Made by a program: the position numbers and the translations under genes
Origin: Patescibacteria group bacterium
Lineage (GTDB): Bacteria > Patescibacteriota > Patescibacteriia > 2-01-FULL-39-33
Assembly (NCBI GenBank): GCA_041649575.1
Contig: JBAZMW010000004.1
Span: 21,687 to 85,686 of the forward strand
DNA length: 64,000 nucleotides
Direction of reading: 5' to 3'
Shown here: positions 1 to 7,732 of the stretch, piece after piece
Layout: the number at the start of each line of letters is the position of its first letter
Numbering within the stretch: position 1 is the stretch's first letter
Notes under the pieces: model-generated
What the model was told of the DNA's origin: nothing
Seen by the model: only the letters and a program-made list of their open reading frames with translations
Databases searched by the model: none

Positions 1-35
1 ATCTTGATCCCAAAAGAGAACGCTACCAAGAGTTT

Positions 36-437
36 TTGCCGATTTATAAAATATTCAGAAACCTAATTTTACTGGTTTTGCTGGTAATCTATCTGGCCGC
101 CAGTTTGTACAACATCGGTTGGCCGATTAATATCGGCGTTGTTGTGGCGCTGGCCATAGGAATATTGATGATCGTCTTGGGCAACTATCTGGGTAAAATA
201 AAAAATAATTGGTTTCTGGGGATACGAACGCCCTGGACATTGTCTTCGGAAAATGTCTGGAACAAAACGCACCGCCTGGGCGGCTGGCTGTTTATGCTGT
301 TTGGGCTGATAATAATTGTCGCGCCCTGGCTGCCAGAGATTGTGGCAACAGTCGCCTTTGTTTTTGGTATTGCCTTGTTGCTTATCGGCACCACGGTCTA
401 TTCTTACTGGCTTTACAGAAAAGAGCGAAAAAAATAA
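36..437 (+). CDS. SdpI/YhfL-family small integral membrane protein
   Basis: 133 aa with four hydrophobic helices and a GIRTPWTLSSENVWNKTHRLGG motif typical of the SdpI/YhfL family. Confidence 0.55.
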   Translation: MPIYKIFRNLILLVLLVIYLAASLYNIGWPINIGVVVALAIGILMIVLGNYLGKIKNNWFLGIRTPWTLSSENVWNKTHRLGGWLFMLFGLIIIVAPWLPEIVATVAFVFGIALLLIGTTVYSYWLYRKERKK

Positions 438-446
438 TAAGCCAAA

Positions 447-480
447 CAAAACCCTTCCAGTTAATTGGAAGGGTTTTGTT
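447..480. terminator. bidirectional intrinsic terminator between convergent genes
   Basis: AAACAAAACCCTTCCAGTTAATTGGAAGGGTTTTGTTTTT is a perfect hairpin flanked by A and T runs on both sides. Confidence 0.6.
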
Positions 481-488
481 TTTAAAAA

Positions 489-1706
489 CTACTTTTTGAC
501 GACTTTAGCAAAAAACTTTTTTCCTTTTTGTAGTAATAGACCGCTGCCTGACACTTCTAGTTGCATTTTTTCATTGCGCACCAATTGATCATCAACCCTT
601 AAAGCGCCCTCTTTGATCAACCGGCGAACTTCGGCATTGCTCTTGGCCAAACCAGCCTTAACAAACAGATCTAAGACACCGATTTTGCCATCTTTGTCTT
701 CGATTAGTACTTCTGATATTTCCAGCGGCTTTTGCTTATCTTGAAAAACCCGCTTGAAATATTGTTCCCCCTCTTTAGCTTTTTTATCGCCCTGATAAAC
801 CCGTACCACCTCGTAAGCCAATTGCATTTTAAGGTCACGGGGATTGACCTTGCCTAAAGACAACTGATCTTTTACTTCTAAAATTGTTTCTTCTGAGACA
901 TCGGTTAAAATCTCAAAGGCCGGAATAATCATCTCATCGGGCCAACTCATTACTTTGCTATACATTTCCTCGGGTGTGTCAATGAGAGGAATCATATTAC
1001 CTTCAGATTTGCCCATTTTTTTACCAGTTGGATCCTCTAGCAATCTAGTGGTCAAAACAAATTTTTCCTTGTTTTTCATTTTTTTCATCAAAGTCCGCCC
1101 AGCCAGCATATTAAACATCTGGTCATTACCACCAATTTCTAAATCTACATCCAGAGCCACGCTATCATAGGCCTGCATTACGGGGTATAAAAATTCATGA
1201 AAATACAAATCCTTTCCCGAATCAATCCTTTCTTTGAACATACTCCTAGCTAAAGTCTGTTGAGCAGTAAAATAAGAAGCGAGCTTAATGGTATCGGCAA
1301 AATTAAGTTTACTCAGCCATTTCGAATTATATTCAAATCTAATTTTTTTAATATCAATCAAATCCTTAATTTGGCCTTTCCACCCTTTTAGATTCTCCAA
1401 AACTTGTTTTTTGGTTAATTGTTTTCTGGTGGCTGATTTATCTGTCGGATCTCCAATCTGGCCGGTAAAATCGCCAAACAAAAAAATCACCTCGTGACCC
1501 AGCTGTAAAAATTGAGCCAATTTGCGAATGGTAATACCATGGCCGATATGTAAAGTAGCTGCCGTCGGATCATAACCACAATAAAGCCTGATTCGTTTTC
1601 CAGACAGCAAGAGTTTTTTAAGCGACTCCTTGTCGGGGTAGATATTTTCTACTCCGCGAGTAAGTAAATGCTCGATTTGTTTTTCGTCGGTGACGATTTT
1701 TGACAT
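489..1706 (-). CDS. tyrS: tyrosyl-tRNA synthetase
   Basis: Class I HIGH motif (TLHIGHGITI), KMSKS-like KMGKSEGN, and a C-terminal S4 domain. Confidence 0.9.
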   Translation of the reverse strand: MSKIVTDEKQIEHLLTRGVENIYPDKESLKKLLLSGKRIRLYCGYDPTAATLHIGHGITIRKLAQFLQLGHEVIFLFGDFTGQIGDPTDKSATRKQLTKKQVLENLKGWKGQIKDLIDIKKIRFEYNSKWLSKLNFADTIKLASYFTAQQTLARSMFKERIDSGKDLYFHEFLYPVMQAYDSVALDVDLEIGGNDQMFNMLAGRTLMKKMKNKEKFVLTTRLLEDPTGKKMGKSEGNMIPLIDTPEEMYSKVMSWPDEMIIPAFEILTDVSEETILEVKDQLSLGKVNPRDLKMQLAYEVVRVYQGDKKAKEGEQYFKRVFQDKQKPLEISEVLIEDKDGKIGVLDLFVKAGLAKSNAEVRRLIKEGALRVDDQLVRNEKMQLEVSGSGLLLQKGKKFFAKVVKK

Positions 1707-2075
1707 CTATTTTAGATTATTGTCTTTTTTGGGACAGAGGATGGCAGTCTCCTCTGTCGGTTAATGGCGGTGACCATTCTCATTTCTTCTTTCGCGAAAA
1801 TTGGGCTGTTTTCTCTTGGCAGTCCGGCCTTGGACTAGATCGCGCAAGGAGCCGGCGATAGGCGAGATGAAAGAAGCGCCTAAGCCGACGACCACGACAG
1901 AAAACGTAAACCTCAAGACCTTGTCGCAGTCTAACTTCAGCCAGATGAGCCCAACCAAGAGCAGCGCTACAACCCAAAGAACGGTTTCTAGCAGGAAGAG
2001 CTTCCGCCATTTCTGCAACGACCTCGCTACTATTCTAAGGTTCATGTGAGAACCCTCCTCTTATCAAATAGTGCT

Positions 2076-4730
2076 CTATTTCAAACTCTGCAAATTATCT
2101 TTTAATTTTAACACTTTTTCCTGGGCCATGGCCAGTTTTTCCTTTTCCCCGTCTACCACTATTTTAGGAGCGTGGCTAATAAACTCCTGGCCAGCCAACT
2201 TAACCTCTAAATTTTTTATATATTTTTCTAACTCGCCAATCTCCTTATTTAAACGCTCTTGTTCTGCTACCCTATTAATTGTAACCGATAAATCCAAATA
2301 TATCTGTGCCTGGTTGGTTACGGCACCAAGACTACTAGCTGGCTTCTGGCTGATGTTGTCGGTGACAGTCAAAGATTCTAGACGAGCCAGACGCTTGATA
2401 ATAACCGCTTGCGACTCGAGCAATTCTTTTTGCCCACTGATAATTACCGCTTTCAATAATTTAGCTGGCTCAATTTTGTTTTCACTGCGTAAATTTCTAA
2501 TGGAAGTGATGATCTGTTTTATTAATTCAAAATCTTTATTCTTGGCCGGCCCGGCTTTAACCGCGGGCCAAGTTTCGACCATCAATAAACCGCTGTCAAA
2601 ATTATGCCAAAGCTCTTCGGTAATAAAGGGGCAGAAAGGATGCCAGAGCCGCAAAATATTTTGCAAGACATAAAGCAGAATTTCATCCTTATCACCCTCG
2701 ATTTTGGCAATCTCCAAATACCAATCGGCAAAACAATCCCAGGTAAATTCCTGCAGTTTTTCCGCAGCTAAAGAAAACTCATATTTATCCATCAAATGCT
2801 CAATTAAATGAGTTGTCGCCTCCAGTTCTTGCAAAATCCAATGGTCGGACAAGGTCTGGGCGGTTGGCTTGGCCGTAATTATTTTAATGTCATCGACTGA
2901 CTGCAAAATAAACCGAGAAATATTCCAAAGCTTATTAATAAAATTCCTGGCGCCAGCCACTTTCTCCTCGAAAAATCTCATATCATTACCCGGGGTCGTG
3001 CCTTTAAGTAAGCTAAGCCGCAGGGCATCGGTGCCGTATTTTTCTATAATCTCCAACGGGTCCAGCCCATTACCGGCCGATTTAGAAAACTTTTTGCCAT
3101 TTTTGTCACGTAACATGCCATGAATATAGACCTCCTTGAATGGGATATCGTCTAAAGCATAGGCGGACAAGAGAATCATCCGCGCCATCCAAAAAAATAA
3201 AATTTCATAACCCATCTGCATCCAGGAGGTAGGGTGAAATTTTTTTAGGTCCGCTGTCTGGTCGGGCCAGCCAAGGGTCGAGAAAGTCCAGGCGCCAGAG
3301 GAAAACCAGGTATCTAGGGTATCTTCGTCTTGTCTGATATTTTTACTCTGACATTTTGGACATTTTAACGGACTACCTTCGCTAAAAAATATTTCTTGGC
3401 AATCATCACAATACCAAACTGGTAAACGATGGCCCCACCAAATCTGACGTGAAATACACCAATCACGCAAATTATCAATCCAATGCAAATAAATACTTTG
3501 AAATCGGTTAGGTGTAATTTTGATAATTTTATCCTGATCGCCGCTGTGGCCCGTAGTAACCGCTTCACGCATTAAATCTTTCAAGCTCTGGTCGCGGCCA
3601 GTAATTTTTTTATTAACATCAACAAACCACTGATCCATCGGCAGGGCTTCGACAACATCTTTGAAACGATCGGAGGTACCGACGTTATGTTCGATTTCTT
3701 CTTCACCAACATAAAGGCCATTATCTTTAAGCCAGTTAACAAATTTATCCCGCGCCTCCAAAACCGTTAAACCCTCATAACCCGGACCAGCGGCCTTAAG
3801 CATCCGGCCATCACGGCCAATGACCGGTGTAATACCGATATCTTTGTTATTCTGATACATTTCAAAATCGATCTGGCTGTGAGCCGGTGTCACACCCACG
3901 GCGCCAGTGCCATAATTCATGTCAACATTCTTATCGCCAATGACAGTGATTGTCAGCGGCCGCTCGGCACCGACATCGACTGTGAATTTCTGGCCAATAA
4001 ATTTTTGGTATTTCCCATCATCGGGATGAACCGCTACCGCAGTGTCCCCCAGCTTGGTTTCTGGACGAGTGGTGGCAATGGTAATGGGAAAATCCTTGGA
4101 ATATCTAAAAGTATAGACCCTCGTCTTTTTTGTTTCATAAACCAGCTCGTCATCGGAACAAGTGCTTTGTCCCTTGACCGACCAGTTGACCACCCGATAA
4201 CCGCGATAAATCAAGCCATCATCAAACATCATCTTAAAAAGCTTATTAACAGCAGCCGACCTCTTATCGTCAAAAGTATAGGCCAAACGCGACCAGTCGC
4301 AAGAAGTGCCCATTTTTTTGATTTGACCAATGATGATGCTTTTGTGATTCTCTGCGAATTCGCGAATTCGCTTCAACAGTTCTTCACGTCCTAACTCTTG
4401 ACGCGGATTGGTAATGCCCTGTTTTTTCAGCTCGTCTTCGACCCTGGCTTGAGTGGCCACGGCGGCATGATCCGTGCCGGGAACTATTAAGGCGCGTTTG
4501 CCTTTCATCCGCTGATAACGAATCTCGATATCCATTAGAGAATTTTCAAAAGCGTGACCCAAGTGTAAAATACCCGTGACGTTGGGCGGCGGCATGGAAA
4601 TAACAAAAACCTCGGGACGATCACCCGGCAATTTGTCAGGATCAAAAAAACCGGAAGCTTCCCATTTTTGATAAATCTGGTCTTCGACTGTTGCGGCTTC
4701 GTAAGTTTTAGGTAATTCGATTTTGGCCAT
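2076..4730 (-). CDS. valS: valyl-tRNA synthetase
   Basis: 884 aa with PPPNVTGILHLGH (HIGH motif), KFSKSAGN (KMSKS motif), an editing domain and a C-terminal coiled coil. Confidence 0.9.
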   Translation of the reverse strand: MAKIELPKTYEAATVEDQIYQKWEASGFFDPDKLPGDRPEVFVISMPPPNVTGILHLGHAFENSLMDIEIRYQRMKGKRALIVPGTDHAAVATQARVEDELKKQGITNPRQELGREELLKRIREFAENHKSIIIGQIKKMGTSCDWSRLAYTFDDKRSAAVNKLFKMMFDDGLIYRGYRVVNWSVKGQSTCSDDELVYETKKTRVYTFRYSKDFPITIATTRPETKLGDTAVAVHPDDGKYQKFIGQKFTVDVGAERPLTITVIGDKNVDMNYGTGAVGVTPAHSQIDFEMYQNNKDIGITPVIGRDGRMLKAAGPGYEGLTVLEARDKFVNWLKDNGLYVGEEEIEHNVGTSDRFKDVVEALPMDQWFVDVNKKITGRDQSLKDLMREAVTTGHSGDQDKIIKITPNRFQSIYLHWIDNLRDWCISRQIWWGHRLPVWYCDDCQEIFFSEGSPLKCPKCQSKNIRQDEDTLDTWFSSGAWTFSTLGWPDQTADLKKFHPTSWMQMGYEILFFWMARMILLSAYALDDIPFKEVYIHGMLRDKNGKKFSKSAGNGLDPLEIIEKYGTDALRLSLLKGTTPGNDMRFFEEKVAGARNFINKLWNISRFILQSVDDIKIITAKPTAQTLSDHWILQELEATTHLIEHLMDKYEFSLAAEKLQEFTWDCFADWYLEIAKIEGDKDEILLYVLQNILRLWHPFCPFITEELWHNFDSGLLMVETWPAVKAGPAKNKDFELIKQIITSIRNLRSENKIEPAKLLKAVIISGQKELLESQAVIIKRLARLESLTVTDNISQKPASSLGAVTNQAQIYLDLSVTINRVAEQERLNKEIGELEKYIKNLEVKLAGQEFISHAPKIVVDGEKEKLAMAQEKVLKLKDNLQSLK

Positions 4731-4874
4731 GGAGATAAAGCTTTTGGAATGGTTTTATTTTACTTAATTTAACTTAATTTTTCAAGTTTTAAAAGCCCTG
4801 TCCGGCGTTTATTGACAATAAATGAAAATTTGGCTAAGATTAAATATTCAGTTAAATTATTATCCAAAACACTT

Positions 4875-6011
4875 ATGGCTCTTTCGGAGCTCCAGCAGAC
4901 GCAGGAACTGATCAGAAAAAACAAATCAATACTGATAATCTTCAAAAAAGACTGGTCGGGCGATGCCGCAGCCAGCTCCTTGGCTTTGGCGGAAACCCTA
5001 AGAAAACTGGATAAAGCGGTGGAAATCGTCTGTCAGGATTTTAAGCCGACAACCAGCCTTAATTTTTTGCCGTTGTCACAAATTAAAAACAGCCTGATCA
5101 ATCTGCAAAAATTTATCATCAGTATTAACACTTCGCAAACCCAGGTGGGTGAATTTTATTATGACCACCAGGAAAACCGCCTGAACATCTACTTAACGCC
5201 GCAGAACGGCCAACTGGAAGCCAAGGACGTCACCACTGCCATTTCCGATTATAAATATGATCTAATTTTTATCATTAATTCTCCGGACCTGGCTTCTTTA
5301 GGCGAGGCCTATGAAAGGCAGCCGGATTTCTTCTTCAATACTCCTAAAATAAATCTGGATCATTCCAACCGCAACGAATATTTTGGCGACGTCAATTTGG
5401 TCAATATCACTTCGGCCGCCAGCGCTGAAATAGCCTACGAGCTGATAAAAAGTCTGGGCGACAAGCTGATTGACGATAATATTGCCACCTATCTATTGGC
5501 GGGAATTATTTTTTCTACCAAAAATTTCAAAGTTTCCAATCTCACTCCCAAAACCTTAAGCATTGCCAGCTTGCTGGTACACTATGGGGCGCGGCGAGAA
5601 CAAATCATCCAAGCCATTTACCAAAATAAATTTTTATCGACCCTGAAGCTCTGGGGCCGAGTTTTATCAAGACTCAACAACGACTTAGACGATCGCCTGG
5701 TGTGGTCGAGCTTGTCGGTTCAGGACTTTCTGGAGACTGCCACTACGCCCGAGGAGATTTTAGACGTGGTGGAAGAGCTGATTGTCTCCATGCCCAAAAC
5801 GGATGTGGTGGTGCTCTTGCACGAGGGCCGGGACATAAACAAAAAAGAGGTCTGCTGTTTGGTTTACGCTGTCAAAAACGGCAATGCCCTCTTTCTTAGT
5901 AAAAGATTCGAGCCCAGCGGTAACAGTGAGATTGCTAAATTCTCTTTAAACAACCTTTCCTTGGCCGAAGCCGAGAGGCTGGTAATCGGTGAGATAAAAA
6001 GCAAGCTGTAA
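4875..6011 (+). CDS. DHH/DHHA1-like phosphoesterase family protein (divergent NrnA paralog; start uncertain, TTG at 4812 possible)
   Basis: Architecture resembles NrnA at 18157..19107, but the D-x-D, DHH and GGGH motifs are degenerate (DWSGDAAASSLAL, LDHSN). Confidence 0.45.
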   Translation: MALSELQQTQELIRKNKSILIIFKKDWSGDAAASSLALAETLRKLDKAVEIVCQDFKPTTSLNFLPLSQIKNSLINLQKFIISINTSQTQVGEFYYDHQENRLNIYLTPQNGQLEAKDVTTAISDYKYDLIFIINSPDLASLGEAYERQPDFFFNTPKINLDHSNRNEYFGDVNLVNITSAASAEIAYELIKSLGDKLIDDNIATYLLAGIIFSTKNFKVSNLTPKTLSIASLLVHYGARREQIIQAIYQNKFLSTLKLWGRVLSRLNNDLDDRLVWSSLSVQDFLETATTPEEILDVVEELIVSMPKTDVVVLLHEGRDINKKEVCCLVYAVKNGNALFLSKRFEPSGNSEIAKFSLNNLSLAEAERLVIGEIKSKL

Positions 6012-6079
6012 GCTAATCTTGAAAATTCGAAAAAAATAGGTTATATTAATAACACTGTTTATTAAAAATCGCTAGATAA

Positions 6080-6152
6080 GGGCCAGTAGCTCAGGGGTTA
6101 GAGCACCGCTCTTATAAAGCGGGGGTCGGTGGTTCAAATCCACCCTGGCCTA
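6080..6152 (+). tRNA. tRNA-Ile2-like with anticodon UAU (decodes AUA)
   Basis: 73-nt cloverleaf GGGCCAG/CTGGCCT; anticodon stem CCGCT/AGCGG, loop CUUAUAA; T-loop TTCAAAT; body resembles bacterial ileX but has T34 instead of C34. Confidence 0.7.
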
Positions 6153-6315
6153 CAAAAACAAATTGGAATTAAAAGTTAATTGTTTTTAAAAAAGTAAAGA
6201 CTGACATTAAAGTGGATTTGAAGGGCAGTAATGAGCCAAATCCCGCCACCGGCGGGATGAAGGCGAGACGCCCGCCAAATCCGAGCAAGCGCAGGATTTG
6301 GCGCTGCCCCGGACC

Positions 6316-6335
6316 CAAATCCACCCTGGCCTACA
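6316..6335 (+). repeat. 20-bp direct repeat of the 3' end of tRNA-Ile(UAU) (copy of 6135..6154)
   Basis: CAAATCCACCCTGGCCTACA occurs at both 6135-6154 and 6316-6335, flanking a 161-bp insert. Confidence 0.8.
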
Positions 6336-6342
6336 AGAATGA

Positions 6343-6416
6343 GGACGGCTAGCTCAGTTGGTTAGAGCACTATCTTGACGTGATAGGGGTCAGAGGTTCG
6401 AATCCTCTGCCGTCCA
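6343..6416 (+). tRNA. tRNA-Val (anticodon GAC)
   Basis: Acceptor GGACGGC/GCCGTCC, D-arm GCTCAGTTGGTTAGAGC, anticodon loop TTGACGT, T-arm AGAGGTTCGAATCCTCT. Confidence 0.85.
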
Positions 6417-6479
6417 TAACTTAAAAGTTCCCACTACTGGTGGGAGCTTTTACTTTAAGCCTGTTTAAAAAAAATAAAA

Positions 6480-6962
6480 CTAAATATTTCTCTCCAATAC
6501 TAAATCATAATCCTTAAACCCCTCTCTTCTGTAAAACCTGATTGCTCTAAAATTTTGAGCACTGGCGACGACACGAACTCTTTTAGCCTTCTTCAGCCGG
6601 CACCATTTAATAAATTCTTTAAATAATTTGCCTCCGATTCCCAGGCTACGGAATTTTTCAAGCACGAACATATTTTCGGCTTCTGCCAATTTAGATATTG
6701 TTCTATATTCTTCGGCCTCAACAATACCACCGACTAGATAACCAATAACTTTATTTTCTAAAACAGCTACTAAGGCACAGCCGCTCCTTATTCTTTTTTT
6801 GAAATACTTTTCACTAGGATCGCTAAGTGAATAGTCCTTATCAATGGTCTGATCAAACTCCGCATACTCTTTTAAACAAAGACGGTGATTTAAGTCTTGG
6901 ATGTCTTTAAAATCTTTAAGGGTGGCAAATTTAATTTTTGGTTTCATATATTTATCTGCCAA
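6480..6962 (-). CDS. GNAT family N-acetyltransferase
   Basis: 160 aa with acetyl-CoA binding motifs (VIGYLVGG ... RSLGIGGKLF ... FYRREGF). Confidence 0.75.
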   Translation of the reverse strand: MADKYMKPKIKFATLKDFKDIQDLNHRLCLKEYAEFDQTIDKDYSLSDPSEKYFKKRIRSGCALVAVLENKVIGYLVGGIVEAEEYRTISKLAEAENMFVLEKFRSLGIGGKLFKEFIKWCRLKKAKRVRVVASAQNFRAIRFYRREGFKDYDLVLERNI

Positions 6963-6997
6963 TTGACTAAAATTACTAGGCTGACTTTATTGAGCAA

Positions 6998-7140
6998 TAG
7001 GAGTGACGGTTATTTCTTGCCCGCGCATCTCGTTTGGACCACCTGAACAAGTCAGGCGGAACTGTTTTTAGCGGCTTACGGGGCACGAGATATACACCAC
7101 CCGCAATAACTAACCGTCACTCCATTTTACCTAATAAAAT
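6998..7140. repeat. 143-bp long hairpin element with perfect 13-bp terminal inverted repeats (MITE-like or structured sRNA)
   Basis: GGAGTGACGGTTA at 6998 pairs with TAACCGTCACTCC at 7128; internal second stem ATCTCGT/ACGAGAT; no ORF. Confidence 0.4.
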
Positions 7141-7265
7141 TTTAAATTTTCATCTTTGAGTTCTACATACGAGCTGGCTAAAATGACCAGCCAAATACAG
7201 TGTCAATTATAGTTGAATACGTCTCTAAAATCAAGACGATCCTGGTGTAATAAAAAAATAAAGGA

Positions 7266-7294
7266 TTGACTTTTTTATAAATTTTACGTAAAAT
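7266..7294 (+). promoter_or_regulatory. sigma70-type promoter (TTGACT-17-TAAAAT)
   Basis: TTGACTtttttataaattttacgTAAAAT lies just upstream of the small GC-rich gene. Confidence 0.55.
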
Positions 7295-7336
7295 AAACAA
7301 ACCATTGTCTCTAAACATGGCACAAGGAGAATGGAG

Positions 7337-7579
7337 ATGGAATTTGTTCCTTTCTATATCGACACCGACACCACTAATACCGGAGTTAGAGATTCTGAGC
7401 AATGGGCCCGAGTCGAGGCTGAGGAAAAGAGACTCCTGCCCAACGCCAGGTTATCGGTTACACAGGAGATACGTGGGTTACCAACTTTCGGCTTCGACAA
7501 CTGGAGAGGCTATACGGGGGAAACGCTCGGGGAGTGGGCGCGTAGGAGGGGAATGGACCTTTTCCCCGACCGATTCTAG
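7337..7579 (+). CDS. orphan small protein (80 aa), GC-rich relative to flanks; alternative start at 7331
   Basis: AAGGAG RBS 8 nt upstream of ATG; own promoter and terminator; about 52% GC against roughly 35% in the flanks; no recognisable domain. Confidence 0.45.
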   Translation: MEFVPFYIDTDTTNTGVRDSEQWARVEAEEKRLLPNARLSVTQEIRGLPTFGFDNWRGYTGETLGEWARRRGMDLFPDRF

Positions 7580-7601
7580 AAAGTCAATGACCTTTGATTC
7601 T

Positions 7602-7642
7602 GCCGTGACCGTGCACTTAGCGGTCACGGCGGTTGCTTTTAT
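7602..7642 (+). terminator. intrinsic terminator
   Basis: GCCGTGACCG-tgcacttag-CGGTCACGGC followed by GGTTGCTTTTAT. Confidence 0.65.
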
Positions 7643-7732
7643 GACAAAAAACTTTATCATAAAACAATCAAATTTAAAATAAAAAATTGGGAATTTAAAG
7701 GCTTTTTATGTTAGAATAAAGATAATAGTTGT

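Noticed and set aside
447-480. Similarity between the terminators at 447-480 and 30085-30130 (AAACAAAACCCTYCC ... GGAAGGGTTTTGTTTT) as a possible repeat family
   Set aside because: They share only the generic A-tract / GC-stem / T-tract layout of bidirectional terminators plus a short CCTTCC / GGAAGG stem. That is insufficient to call a dispersed repeat without a genome-wide count.
2071-2673. 200-aa plus-strand ORF inside valS, and many similar 60-170 aa ORFs antisense to tyrS, valS, rny, clpP, infB, smc, polA and the PBP gene
   Set aside because: They lie entirely antisense to or out of frame within strongly supported housekeeping genes, have low-complexity composition and no RBS, and are typical shadow ORFs.
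7178-7682. Possibility that the structured GC-rich region is RNase P RNA, tmRNA or SRP RNA
   Set aside because: I looked for GGAAAGTCCGGGC / ACAGAACCCGGC (RNase P), a tRNA-like 3' end with an alanine-tag ORF (tmRNA) and the GGAA-capped domain IV (SRP), and found none. The region is better explained as a promoter-RBS-ORF-terminator unit.
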